From assembly GCA_965112735.1 (NCBI GenBank), contig OZ218953.1:1674001-1738000 (forward strand): a stretch of 64,000 nucleotides of DNA, given 5' to 3'. Under the pieces are notes generated by a model, which made no database searches, was not told where the DNA came from, and saw nothing but the letters and a program-made list of their open reading frames with translations. Shown here piece by piece: positions 1-12,785 of the stretch (position 1 is its first letter; each line of letters opens with the position of its first letter). This DNA comes from Phaeosaccion multiseriatum. Taxonomy: Eukaryota > Protista > Ochrophyta, other classes. The position numbers were made by a program, and so were the translations under genes.

Positions 1-931
1 CTTCAGAACAGGCCCAGACTCCCAACTGGCCGGGCCGTTCTGGGTGCAAGACCGAGATGTGGGTCTCGTGGGAAGCAGCCTGATGGAGCTAATGACGGAG
101 GGCCTTGGGGGACTCGCCTGCAACCCTGAGAACTTCCCCACTTCTCGGATGGAGCCCTTGTCCTCTCACCCAATCTTCACTTCGGGAGCCCTCTGCATCG
201 AGGATGGCGAGGGTAAGTGTGTGGTGATAGGTGGTAACGTTGATGCTGCATGCGGTGTTGGCTACGTGGATGCGTGCGCGTGCGTTTGTAATCTCGAACG
301 GTCCTTACGCTTCCAGATCGAAAAAAAAAGAAAAAAAAAAACGGTTTAGTAATCCCACTCCACCTCCCTGTCGCTCGGTGGCTGGCCGCCACCCCGGCTC
401 TTCGCCTTCTCCAACTTTGCTTTGCCATCCTGCCCCTCCCAGGCTCCTGCACCCCGATGCACACTCCCGATCCTTACGAAGCAGGGTCGTCTGTGAGCCA
501 CTGGAGCGAGGAGTACTTCCGTCCCGGTGATATCGAGAGCCTTCTCACGCCTCTGATGGCGAAAGCTGAAGTTGTCCGGTGTGTCGGCCCCATCACGAAG
601 AGAGGTGAGGACAAAGGCATGATGGGCACTCACGCATGCACACATGCACGCACGCACTCACACACGCACTCACTTCTCCACTTACTCCTCCCCTCCAGTC
701 TTTCGTCAGCTCGGCTACTCAATCTCCACCGACTGCGAGAGTACCTGCTCCAACTTGATGACGGGAGAGCACTCGATTGGTGAGGACTGCGCCGATACCG
801 TGGCCAACCCTGTGCGCCAGGTGGACTCCAACGGGGGCAGCAAGACGAGTAGAACAAGTAGTGCAAGTGTGACCTTGGCCGCGACAGCCCTGGCCGTACT
901 CCTGTCTGCGCTCTACACTCTTGCAGCTTAG
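1..931 (+). CDS. Secreted zinc metalloprotease, paralog 1 (5'-truncated by window), possible GPI anchor
   Basis: Exons ~1-212, 443-604, 699-931 with GT-AG introns. They encode ...LCIEDGEG-SCTPMHTPDPYEAGSSVSHWSEEY..ESLLTP..AEVVRCVG..TKR-VFRQLGYSISTDCESTC, which closely matches the C-terminus of the 3540-5494 gene. Ser/Thr-rich spacer and hydrophobic C-terminal tail. Confidence 0.8.
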
Positions 932-1891
932 ATCGGTATTTGTTTGTTTCGTTTTTTCTCTTCGTCGTATCTAATACTTACATCTTCGCGTGAGGCTCGT
1001 AATAGCGTCTCACGTAAGGAAGGAGGGGGGGATGCTGGCACTCATCGCTGGCGACAGAAAGGATGTGCTATCGGCAGCAGCACTGCAGCAGAGCATAAAA
1101 GAAAGGGCGTGCTAGAATAGACTTCAAGCCTGCAAGCAGCACCACTGCAGCAGAGCACCATAGAACTGAAGTTAGTTAAGAGTAAAATGAAATCGTTGTC
1201 GAGTTCAACACACCCCTGGTAATTGGTAATTTATATTATGTTCACATGAGCTGTTGGGTGCGATTGTTCCCCTCTTCTCTCGAAGGGGAAGGTCCTACAA
1301 GAAGGACCTAACCTAGAAGAAGCAAGCCGATGAAGCTAATAGGAGTGCAAGGCGAGAGCCTGACGTTGCCCGCAGGAGGGAGGGACTGGAGGCCCCAAGC
1401 TTCGGGGGGGGGGGTTGGGCAGTCGAGCCCTCTGGCAATCAATCGATTGGGCTTCCTTCGCCCCCCCCCCCCCAATACATACAGGACTTTGGGACAAGGC
1501 CCCTCTCCCACGAGCAGCACAGGGGCTGGCCCTGTCCAGTCCTGTCCAGTGCCGCCACATGTGCACTACCGCCCGCCTGCCTCTCGCACTACGCTTCACT
1601 ATTCACTAGTCACAACGTCTCGAGGTATCTTCATCTCTTACAACCTGTCGAGGTATCTTCATCTCTTGCTCCCTTATCCTTTAGAGCAAGCAGCAAGCAT
1701 GTGGACAGACCCTCCAAATGGGAGGAGTGCGAAAGGCACGCACGCACGCACGCACGCACACACACACGCACGCGGTAGTGCACAAGCTTCGACACGGGGC
1801 TGAAGGCCAGGATCATGGCCAGGTACCAGTGATTGGGTAGGTCGCAGCACAAGCTACCGTGCTTGCCTCGGAATTATATCCTATCGCTTTC

Positions 1892-2189
1892 CTAGCTCTG
1901 AGTTACCGCCTCAGCCTGCAGAAGATCAGGCTCTCCTCCTGCTCCTCCTCCCACTCCTGCTGCCGCATCTTTCTCCAGCTGCCAGGGCCGCACAGCCATT
2001 CGGACATACAGGAAGGGAAGGAGGAGGGGGGGGGCAAAAGAGGCGAACGAGAGGGGGGCGAGCATGAGAGAGAGAGAGTTCACAAGGGGGAAGGGCGCCT
2101 TAGGGCTACGAAAAAGAGCGACATACCCTCTCCCACGACCTTCGTGTGGTGTGTTTCTCTTTCTTCTTCTCACTCTCTCTCTCTCATTG

Positions 2190-2223
<34 letters not shown>

Positions 2224-3257
2224 CCCCCTTCCCCTAAAGCTCCATTCGAGTGAGGCGTCAAAAAAAAAAAGTCACTCCTCCTGCTCCGCCCGCTTCTCGT
2301 CCTCACCTCACTACAGACCCAGGCCAGTGCTTCCAGCGGGCACTCTTCAAAGCGCACCACCTCCTCTGGTGCCTGGTACAGAAGCCCGTCTTCATGGGCC
2401 CGCTCCAACTGGAGACGGAAGGGCTCGTAAAAGCCGTCCACATTCACCACCGCTATTGGGGTGCGTCGGAAGCCAACGCCCTTCTCACACACCCTGAGTC
2501 ATAGGAGGAAGGGGGGAGGTGTAGGAGGGAAAGGGGAGGGTTTTGAGAGGGGGAAAGTCAGGATGAGGAAGGCCAGGAAGGAGGAGGCGCACACGAGTAT
2601 AGGAGAGCGGCCTTGAGAGTTGTGTGTCTTAGGCTTAAGGCTTGGAGCATCAGGGCGCGGTTGAGGGGGTGCAGGGCGGTGAGGAGAGTACATGGCTGAG
2701 GGTGAAAGAGGGACATGGGTTGGCTGGAGTTCTACTCAAGAGGCGGGGGAGGCCATGAATTCATCACGCGCGTATTCCAATTCCCCCACTCACATTTCCC
2801 ACATTTCATCCCAAGTCCCAGGTCCCCCTGGCAAGACAATGACAGCTTCTGCCCCTTCCTGCAGAGCGCGCTTCCTCTCTCTCAAGTCGTTTCCGTCTGC
2901 CACTTCCAGGGCGTCCTGCTCTTGGATGTAGCTGTGCCCCAGACATATGCAGGCCCACAGCTTGTGGTTCACGCCCCGTACGCGCCCACTACCTTCTTCC
3001 ACGCCGTCGTTCAAGGCTCCCATGCAGCCATGCTGAGAGAAGGGTTGCGTCGTAGTTACAATGATAGATTGAGGTATTCGCCCGAGGTAGGAACAGAGTT
3101 AGAGGGTTTCATCTTTTCGAAACCTTACCTTGCCCGATCCATTGATACACAAATGATTCCCAGCTGCGAGGGCCTTTCCCAGGGTGCGTGCCGCCTCTAG
3201 ATACTTTTCTGGCGTCCTTGGGGAGGAAGAGCCGAACACAACCACGCTGTGTGTCAT
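1892..3257 (-). CDS. LOG family protein (lysine decarboxylase-like / nucleotide phosphoribohydrolase)
   Basis: Exons 3257-3129 (MTHSVVVFGSSS...INGSGK), 3032-2794 (HGCMGA...RERKRAL...VLPGGPGTWDEMWE, the LOG PGGxGTxxE motif), 2493-2307 (PIAVVNVDGFYEPF) and a last exon ~1980-1892. The 3' end is uncertain; further minus-strand exons down to ~1310 are possible. Confidence 0.85.
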
Positions 3258-3539
3258 ATTCTTTTCTTTTGCTGGGATTTCTTGTCTCTCTCTCTCTGTC
3301 TCCCTCAACCAACTGTAAGTGAACGACCAACTGCCTCAGGGATGGCTGCATCATTCATCATTCCATGCGAGCAGCTCCGATTTATGTTTTATCCACGTAC
3401 AATGATATTCCCTGCGATCACAGTAGTTGCAAACACCAGCACTATTCAATGCTCCAAGGCGAGGCGGTGTTTGCAGTGGGGAATGGTTGAAAAAGGAAGG
3501 AGCAGGCGCTCTCTGACCGAGACGCACGATGCGTAGCTG

Positions 3540-5494
3540 ATGCTTGGATTTGTGCGGTTGCTGGCGCTGATAGGACCATGTGGTTGGGTCGGAGCAGAAG
3601 GTGTGGGCGGGACAGAGGAGATGACGATTGTGAGATCTCACAAGCGGATGCCTCTTGTGAGGGACAAGATCCGAACAGCCCCAGCATTCACGTTCGTAGA
3701 AAGCGTTGTAAATATCGAAGTGACCGACGAAGACGGGAGCAGGCGGATTGAGGCAAAGAGAGTGCCAAGGAGATTGGCGGAAGGCTGTGACTACAGCTCA
3801 GTGTTCGATGTGACGTTCGCCCCTAGCCCTGCTCCCACAGCTCAATTGGAAGCTGCAGAGTCTGCTGCAGAAGAGGCGCTTTGCATCTGGTCAAACCTTA
3901 TTGAGCCTGCTCCTTACGGTACGTGACACAGGGATATATTTGCGGCCACCAGTCTCCACGCTTGGATGGCATCTCCTTCCCCCTTTCACCCGCCTTCCCC
4001 CTCCACCCCCCTCCCCCCTCTTTTCCTCGTTCTGAAGGAGGCTAACCGCTTGTTACACGCATCCTTCCCTCCTTTCATCTTCACACACCGCCCCACTCCA
4101 TCTCGGGCATCTCTTTCTCGTTGAAAAGGAGGCATTCGCCTTCGGATTGACCCTGTAGCGGCACTTACTGACCCCACGATCTTGGCCGAAACGGGGCCGA
4201 GCTATCTCATCATCAGAACCACCGAAACCTTAAATGGTGAGGAGACATCCGGACTCGCCCTTTACTCCGCCGCACAGCTCCGGTACGGTGTTCTCGGGGA
4301 CATGAGAGAGAAACTCACAGAGCTTCAACTCAACTACGACGGAGACATCCTCTTCAATTCTGCTGTGTCTTTCTTCTACGGTGTAGACGGGACACACATC
4401 CAGGCCGACGAATTTGACTTTGTCAGCGTAGCGGCCCATGAGATAGGGCATGTGATGGGCTTTGGGTCACTTCTCTTGGGCGACTCGGTATCGAGCTCCA
4501 ACGAAGAAGGGGGGTATGTGGGACCCTTCTGGCTCGAGACATCCGTTCGGCTGGCAGACACGTTTGCTCTGCTCATGGTCGACCAAGCCTCCGGTCTCTC
4601 GCTGACTCCCGAGAACTTTGACACCTCTAAGGCTGCTGGTCAGACGAATACCATCTTTACGGCAAGCACTCTTTGCATCCACGACAGCGTTTGTGAGTTG
4701 AGGGTGGGAAGGGCGGGCTGAGGAGGAGGAGGAGGAGGAGGAGGAGGAGGAGGAGGAAAAGGAGGAGGAGGAGGAGGAGGAGGAGGAGGAGGAGGAGGAG
4801 GAGGAGGAGGAAAAGGAGGAGGAGGAGGAGGAGGAGGAGGAGGAGGAGGAGGAGGAGGAGGAGGAGGAGGAGGAGGCGGCGGAGGAACGCTCGGAGTGTA
4901 ACTGATTGCAACCCCCTCCGTCCATCTCGCTCCCTTTCTTCCTCCCCTCCCTCCCTCCCTCTCTTCCGGCTCTCTTGCTCAGTGGACATGTGCATCCCTA
5001 TCCACACGCCTGCCCCCTTCGTCGCGGGGTCTTCCATGAGTCATTGGGCTGAAGACTTCTACCCTACCGGCTCGTTCGAAAGCCTCATGACACCCTGTAT
5101 CCGAAGCGCGGAGGTAATACGCTGCGTGGGGGACGTGACCAAGAGAGTATTCGGTCGCCTAGGATTCACCATGTCAACCGACTGCCAAAGCACCTGTGTG
5201 AATCTGGTGACGGGTGCGCATAGCTCTGAGTGCGAGGTTGGCTCCGATTTCGATGCCTCCAATAGTGGTGGTGGTGGTGACGGGGACGAGACATTACACC
5301 CTCCTGTTGAGGGTGGAGGCGGTGATGATGGCGACGATAGTGTTACAGTGGTGCCTTTGATGCCTGAGGGGGGTGAAGAAGGATCGCGAGGGGTCACCGG
5401 TCCTACGAACGGTTCAGTATCAAGGGCTGCGGAGGGGAATTTCGTGGCCATTGCACTTGTTACCGTCTTGGCCATGATGACTGTAGCGAGATAA
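3540..5494 (+). CDS. Secreted zinc metalloprotease, paralog 2 (HExxH; leishmanolysin/M8-like layout), possible GPI anchor
   Basis: Signal peptide MLGFVRLLALIG; exons ~3540-3918, ~4129-4692, 4983-5494. Contains AAHEIGHVMGF, a downstream GSSMSHW (candidate third Zn ligand), SLMTP (Met-turn-like) and a hydrophobic C-terminal tail. Confidence 0.8.
4719..4875 (+). repeat. (GAG)n microsatellite, about 50 units, inside metalloprotease intron
   Basis: Near-perfect gaggag run with two gaaaag interruptions. Confidence 0.95.
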
Positions 5495-5755
5495 CAGCAG
5501 AACAGCTTTTCGCCCTGTGTAAATTGTCCTACTACATCAATTTTAAATTAATTTAAGTATCGAAGTTACCCTTTGTGTGTGTCTCTCACTACTCACGATT
5601 GCCATAAACGATTGCCGTTATCATCTTCTATTCTATGTGGTGTGCTGCTGCTTCTAATCAACAAGCTTATCACTTCTATTTCGGGTTACATGATTCCCAA
5701 GAGAACTCAGTACCGGGGAATTTCTCCGGTGCCAGAGGCGAGGCCTGCCGCTGCC

Positions 5756-7170
5756 TCACTCCTCGAGCAAGTTCCCCCTCTTTTTCAATTCTCGCTTGAC
5801 CTTGCGGTTGGGATTATCCGGCGCGTCTGTGCTCTTGCTGCATATTCCCACTGTGTACGGCTCAATCCCAAAATTCTCCACCACGTTCACCTCACAGGGC
5901 CCAATCTACGCACACACGCAAGCACACACACACAGAGAGAGGGAGGGAGAGGGAAGGGGAGAGAGGCACAGCGAGAGGGGGAGAGAGAGATTAAGAGAGA
6001 GCGAGTGTGAGTACGAGGCCACAGACCACAGCCAGAACACTCCCCCTCCTCTCTCTCGGACAAGTCCTTTCCTCCCTCCTTCCTCTTCAAACTCAGAGCC
6101 TCTTTGCCTCCCTCTATCTCACCTTCCTCTCGAGCTCAGCCACGAGTGATTCGGTCCTTCCCTTCTCAATGAAGAGGAACATTCCTCCGGGCTTGAGCAC
6201 TCGCCCCACCTCTCTGATTAGCTTCTTGGCGTTTCCTCGGAAGCCCCGGATACTGTACACGGCGTCCATCAGCTCGTCCCTGCAGTCCAGGCAATCGTTC
6301 CTTTGGGGCCTCACAGAGATCGCTCGGATGGCAGTCTTCTCCGCAGTCTGGTCCATTAGCCCCTGGTCCACCTGCCCCACTGCAGACATGATTACTCGGC
6401 GACACGGAGGAAGGTAATACAGTGATTTCCCATCCGTCGCCCCCATGTACAGGACGTCTGCACCGCCCTCCACCCTGGGCATCCTGTTGCCCAAGAAAGA
6501 AGCGTAAATGTACTGCATGCGCCAGTAAATAAAAATCTTGGCTGGAAAGTGCGGGAAAGAGGGTGGGGATTGGGTGAGGCACAGAGTGACAGCAAGGATC
6601 AAAGCAGAGGAGGGCAGCAGAGGAGTGCAGCAGAGGAGGGCAGAAGGGAGGAGCGAAAGTGTGGTTAAGACATTGAGCTGCAAGGGTCAAAGCAGAGAAG
6701 GGGAGAAGGGAGGAGCGCAAGGGAGAGAGGGTGGTGAAAAGGCGTCACAGACTGAAGAGGAGAGAAAGCCCCTCGGGGGAGGGGGGAGGATGAAGGATGG
6801 GACCTGAAGACTTACCGGCCACGTAAGCCGCCACCAAAAAGACGGTCGTCCCGATCTGTATCGATGCCATATCAATACCACCTCCATCGCTTGCTGTTGC
6901 TGCACTCCCAGCATCCACGACGTCACCTACAGATAGATCGTCCGGGAATAAATTTGATGCTTGCAGAGATGTGAAGGAAAGTTTTGCAAGGCTTCTTCTC
7001 GTCCAGGCCTGCTGCTGAAAGGAGGGGGGTTGCGCTAGGTCAAAAGAGCCTGCGGTGCGGCTTCCTCTCCTCACGCTCACGCTGCTCTTGCTGCTGGGGC
7101 TAAATTGAGGCTGCCATCCCCAGGCCGCATGCACCAGCAATAATAGCGTCAATTGCTTGAGCAATTGCAT
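5756..7170 (-). CDS. Class I SAM-dependent methyltransferase-like protein, probably plastid-targeted
   Basis: Exons ~7170-6816, ~6541-6123, ~5905-5756. Signal peptide MQLLKQLTLLLLVHAAWG-W followed by a Ser/Arg-rich transit-like region; degenerate motif I VLYMGATDG; LIREVGRVLKPGGMFLFIE (typical Methyltransf_11 C-terminal motif). Confidence 0.75.
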
Positions 7171-7334
7171 AAGTTGTGAGGTGTTAAGAGAGGAGAGGAG
7201 GAAAAAGGTGGTTGCCTTAAAGTAATAGTGAGCTGTGATTATTTCGGATCACCAACTCGAGAGGGCGGGTTTGTGGGTACTTCGGAGGGCTGAAAAAAAC
7301 AAAAAACATCTCTGTTTCCCCCTCCCTCTTGCTG

Positions 7335-9324
7335 ATGGCTGAGGAGGGAGGAGGTGGGAAAAGCAGCAGACATGCTTTCGTCACGATGGTCACGAGCGAT
7401 GACTTTGTCATCGGGGCGGAGGCGCTGTTTGCGTCTCTCAAGGTAATAATGTCCGTGATATTTTTTTTTTCATGTGTGAGTTAAAAATGCCTGTGGAGAC
7501 GGGGGGCTTTGAAGCGCGAGGGCATAGACATTCTTGCGTCTTTGAATGTCCCCAATCATCGCTTCCTCTGGTTTGACACCCCAATCGTCGCTGCTCTCAC
7601 ACCTCAGGCCACGGGAACTCGCAAGGAGTTTGCTGTGATGGTGACGGAGGGAGTGACAAAGTATAAGCGGTGCGTAGGAGTGTCTCTCCCTCCATCCACC
7701 TCTTTGATACCAAGCCTCACGGGACCTCCTTTTCCGGGACCTCTCCCTCCTCTCCACTCGAAAGAAAGGTGCTAGCGAATCTGGCCGTCCTGATCGACGT
7801 ACCGACTCTGCTCATCCCCAACGCGAGAAATCTAATCTCGTCGGAACCAGGAGCAGCAGCAGAAGCAGCACACAAAGGATCAGCAGATGGAGAGGAGGGA
7901 GACGAACAGCACCAGGGGCATCCCTCGCCCCCTCCTTCCCACGTGGCGTCGTGGGGGAAGGTGGGCTACACTAAGCTGGCGGTGTGGGGGCTCTCCCAAT
8001 TCACCAAGGTACCATTTAGAGCAGCAGCCCCAAGGGAAGCTGCGGAGGCTTTGAGTGTATTATTCTAGCACTTTCGCCGACGGCTTCACCTTTCACCCCA
8101 CTGCAGGTGGTATATGTGGATGCGGACTGCCTAGTGAGAGAGAACATCGATGACTTGTTCGACTGGGCTGGAGATACGCCCGGCAGCTTCGCGGCTGCTC
8201 CAGATGTGTTTCCTCCCGATCGCTTCAACGGTGCGTCGTCCATCTTCCCTCGCATTCGTTCTGTGTCGTTGGGGGTCGCCCGTCAGGAGCGCAAGGGAAA
8301 AGGCCGGCTTTGAGGGACACTTCCTATGCTATGCTTTTGTGTGCCATCATGTGCGTCTATACACTCTCACCCACCCACACGCACGTGTCCTGTCGATATG
8401 CAGCGGGAGTAATGGTCGTGGTGCCTGACACGAGCCTCCTGGAGACCATGAAGTCGCAGGTGGAGGCCCTTCCCACCTACGACGGGGGAGACACGGGATT
8501 CCTCAACGCATTCTTCCCCCGCTGGTTTCAAGGCAAGTGTGCGTTGTTTGTTTGTGCGACGGGAGGGGTGGGGGAGGAGACAGCAGCAGCAGCAGCAGCA
8601 GCACGGCAGCAGAGCAGCAGTTGGTATCGCCGAAACAAGGGCGTACTCTGCTTGAAATGAGGACGAGGAAAGCTCTGAAGCTCTGGTAGTACGAGACCTA
8701 CCACCCCACTAAGCAAACCCCCTGCTTTCTTTTCACCACTTATCCCACAGGACCTGCGGAGTGTAGGCTGCCGTTTGCCTTCAACGCGCAACGAACGCTC
8801 CACTGGATGACTTTCGAAAAGAACCCGGTGCGTAACGCTCGGGCTGGGCCGGCGCCGCGGTAGACAAGAGGGCTGTCATGAGCACAAGCTCGTACTCGTA
8901 CTGACCCCCCAAGCCGCTCACCTCGTGCTTCTCCATGCTCTATCTTAACTTATCAGGGTTACTGGGAGGCCTGTAAACCAATCAAGGTCAGTCAGGCGTC
9001 ACCTCTCCGCACGCACCCACGCACGGACACACACACACCTGATACACTTGCTTTTGTGCCGCAGCCCCCGCGAACGTCCCGTTGTCAGTCTCTACTCTTG
9101 TCTCTCATTGCCAACTTTTCACTGGGTCCTTTTTGTCCTCCTCCTTCTGGTGCTTTCTCTTGTGTGCGTGTCACTCTCTCTCTCTCTCTCTCTGTCGTTA
9201 GATCATCCACTACTGCTCGAGTCCCAAACCGTGGGAAGACGTGAACAGGAAGGGCTCCTTGGAGCTGCTGTGGTGGGAGGCCTTCACACAGAACAAGATG
9301 GCCCAGCTCATGATGGGGACATAG
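7335..9324 (+). CDS. Glycosyltransferase family 8 (glycogenin-like)
   Basis: About 8 exons: HAFVTMVTSDDFVIGAEAL; YTKLAVWGLSQFTK-VVYVDAD (DxD); FAAAPDVFPPDRFNAGVMV; YDGGDTGFLN; RLPFAFNAQR; IIHYCSSPKPW. Stop TAG at 9322-9324. Confidence 0.9.
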
Positions 9325-10023
9325 CAGATCGAGAAGGGGAAGCAGCGGCGGCTCAGGTCCAACAGGCACCCCTTCCGGACGGCTCCCAAGGGGGAGCAGC
9401 GCAGGTCACGCCCCGCCTTCCCGTCCTCGCATCACCACCCAGGGCTCTTCTCTGTCTGGTGCCTTAAAATGCAAGTAAAGTCGACTCTACTGCCATGAGA
9501 TGTCAGAAGGAAGAAGCAACCGGAGAAAACAAACTCCATGCCTGCTTCTGCTGCTGCTGCTCAGGCTCCCGGCAGGCGGACAGGCCGACTCCCCCCCCCA
9601 TCAAGCATGGGCAAGGTTCTGATGTGGTCCATCGGTTCTGTCCTGCTTCTGCTTGTCGCAGGATGCCGCTGCTCTTGCGCAAAGATGATTCCCCCTTCTC
9701 CGTTTATGTCGTAGATAGCCCGGACTCTCGACTCTGCTGCGATGAAACGTGAGAGCTACGGAGCAAGCCTTTCATCGCGGAGGCAAGAGCTCTAGAAGAA
9801 GTTCGTGGCTCTGCGCTGATGGAGCTTGTTTCTCTCGCGACATGAAAGACTCGGGAGCAAACAGGGCCGGCATTGTCGCGGGAGGGGACGGGCGAGCGAA
9901 GCATGCTCCTTGTCTACAGGCGCCGGCCTCCTTCCTCCTCGTCCGGTATCTTGATAAGGAGCCTCGCTCGTTCACCCCCTCAAGACAACTACTTCATCGG
10001 CCTTTCCCTCACTGGTTGCAGTA

Positions 10024-10565
10024 TCATGGGGAGCCTCCGCCCTTCTCCTCCCCCTCCTCCTCCTCCTCCTCCTCCTCCTCTTCTTCTTCCATTTCCTCCT
10101 CGCCGTCTTCATCAGTGTCCTCGTCCTCTTTTTCGGCCCCAATTTCTGCCTCCTTTTCTCTTATGGCCAGTGCTCTTCCGAACTCCTCCAGCATTTGCGC
10201 CGCTCGCTCTCGCAGTTCGTTGGCTTTCTTCGTCTCTCTGTACGCCGAGTAGAAGAAGACAGGAGGAAGGGTAAGGGTGAAGCTGAAAGGCTTCTCCCCG
10301 ATAAAGAGCGCGACGCTTACCCTTGCAAGTCCAAGCATGCTGCCATCTCCTCCATCACAAGGATGTAGTCGGTATTCATTCGTGGATTCTGTGAGTCGTA
10401 CAGATCCAGCAAACGCTGGTACATGGGAAGGGCTAGGTCCGTCTTCCTCTGCACAGTCAAGACTCGTGCGAGGTGCCCCAGAGCACGCATAGTGACGATG
10501 CTTGTCTCGCCCAGCGTGTCCACTGATAGCTCTGCGGCCTGAGGAAGAGGGAAACCATCAGCAAG

Positions 10566-10605
<40 letters not shown>

Positions 10606-10729
10606 CTCCCTCTTGCCATGGGTTCTTTTTTTTTAACCTCACCTGCGAATAGAGTTCCTCAGCCAGCTCGAAGGATTCCATCTTGACAGCAGCCATAGAC
10701 CTCTCCAGCAGCTGATTGATTTCTTCCAT
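10024..10729 (-). CDS. Small TPR-repeat (kinesin-light-chain-like TPR) protein with acidic tail
   Basis: Three exons: FELAEELYSQ-AAELSVDTLGETSIVTMRALGHLARVLTVQRKTDLALPMYQRLLDLY...; poly-Glu C-terminus. Confidence 0.7.
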
Positions 10730-11411
10730 CTCTTACCCTTCCTCTCACTTAATTTCTCTCCTCTCTCTGCCGATAATTAGTGGGCAGTTGACTTCAGTTT
10801 CCGTTTCAGCTTCGATCGCCATCGGCCCACCCTAAACTCACACCGTCTCGAGAACCTCTCTCTCTCTGTCTCAAGCCAGCAGCTCAAACAGCAAGCCAGC
10901 AGAAGGTGAGCAGGAGTGGACTGTTTTTTCCGTGAGGAAACTAAAGGTTGTGTGCCAAAGATCTGGAATCGGGGGTGCTTATGCAAGTGAGCATGAGAAG
11001 AGGAGGGGGGAGGTGGATTTTCCTCGCCTCGTACGGGTGTGCTCTCTCGCGGCCCTTTGCCCTGGCGATCCACCCCTGGGATCTGCAAGGATTCAGCTGT
11101 TTCCAATTCCTTCCCCTTTGCGAATCTTCGCGTGAACCCGTCCTCCCTTGTTCTCCCTCGCCTTTCCCCTCCACCTTGCCCCTCTTCACTACTGCTGTTC
11201 TTCTCTCCTGTCTTCGTACCTATGCGGGTACACCTTTCTCACCCTGCTGTAACCAACCAACCCTGCTGTCCCCTTGCCCTTCCCACCAGCAGAGAGGGAG
11301 TTATCAGGGCTCCCAGTGTTATTGTTGCCCAAAAAGACAGAGGAGAGGGGGGTGGGACATCGCCGGGGAAGGAGAAGGAGGGGTTGAGAGAGGGGGACTG
11401 GGGCAGCCACC

Positions 11412-12748
11412 ATGCCAGACCTGATGAGCATGCCAGCGCTTGTGTGCGACAACGGCACTGGGTTCGTCAAGGTGGGCTACGCAGGGGAGAACTTTCCAAG
11501 AAGCATATTTCCAAGGTTAGTACTTTTCTTCAGTGTCTCTCAGCAGTTCGGCTGGCCCGACCCATTTCATTGATGGCTCGCCTTCGGCGCAGTCCAGCAA
11601 GAGAAAAGGGGGGGGGCAAAAGCATTCTCAAAGCAAAGCGAACCGGACTTCCTCCCCCACATCTCTTATCGTGCCCCCCCACCCCACCCCTGTCCACTCA
11701 GTATCGTGGGCCGCCCTGTGCTGCGGGCCGAGGAAGTTCTGCAACAAGACATAGCGCTGAAGGATGTCATGTGTGGGGATGAGGCCGCGGCAGTGGCACA
11801 GAGCCTGGAGCTGTCCCACCCTGTGGACAACGGCATCATCAAAAATTGGGAAGACATGGAACATCTGTGGAAGTATACCTTCACGGACAAGCTCAAAATT
11901 GACCCTTCAGAGCACAAGGTTGGTTGGTTGGTTGAGTTTCTGCAGAGCAGCAGCAGCTTCAGCGGTAGTAGCGGCAGCAGCAGCTTGGGCTGAGCGTGGT
12001 ATATCGAACCACGTATACTTGGGGTTAGGCCCATGCATGAAAGCGCAGCGGAAGGCAGCTGCTGTAGCAGTAGTAGTAGTGTAGTAGTGCAGTAGTAGTA
12101 GTAGCAGTAGCAGTAGCAGAAGTAGTAGTAGCAGTAGTAGTTTGGTTGAACGTCCTACATCCTCCTGGTCATCTCACCATTCCGTCCCCTGTGCTCTCTT
12201 TCCCGTGCCTTGCCCTTGGTGCTGGCAATTTGATTCTTCCGTATGCGTGGCGGCTGGCTCCTCCCTCACAGATTCTGCTGACAGAGCCTCCGCTGAACCC
12301 CACCAAGAATAGAGAAGTTATGGTCCAAACGATTTTCGAAAAGTTTGGCTTTGGAGCCGCGAATGTGTCGATTCAGGTAAGTATGGCGGCGAGCAGGGGC
12401 TTGTATATCTTATCGTTCCGCCTACCGCCTTGGCTTGTCTGATAAGTCTGCCTCCCTCCCTCCCTCCCTCCCTCCGCTCCACCAACCTGCATCCATGCAG
12501 GCGATGCTCACTCTTTACGCGCAAGGGCTGCTGAGGGGCGTTGTGGTGGACTGCGGCGACGGTGTGAGCCACGTCATTCCCGTGTTTGACGGCTTCGTGC
12601 CAACGGTGAGAGAGGGAGAGAGGTGGGAGATGAGGGCGGGCGGGGTGGGTGGGAGGGAGGGAGGGAGATGCGAGGGAGTCGCCGCATTGCGCACATGAGC
12701 TTTGCAAACGAAGGCTGTGTCCAGAGGGTCGAGGGAGGAGCGCGAAGG

Positions 12749-12785
<37 letters not shown>

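Noticed and set aside
1260-1480. Cluster of small hairpins and G/C runs, with cctaacct, suggesting a structured ncRNA (telomerase RNA or hammerhead)
   Set aside because: No hammerhead CUGANGA...GAAA core, no Pol III T-run terminator, and no recognisable snRNA. Minus-strand splice-like signals suggest extra 3' exons or UTR of the LOG gene instead.
9495-9980. Short ORFs between the GT8 and TPR genes
   Set aside because: No recognisable domain or consistent splice model; probably 3' UTRs.
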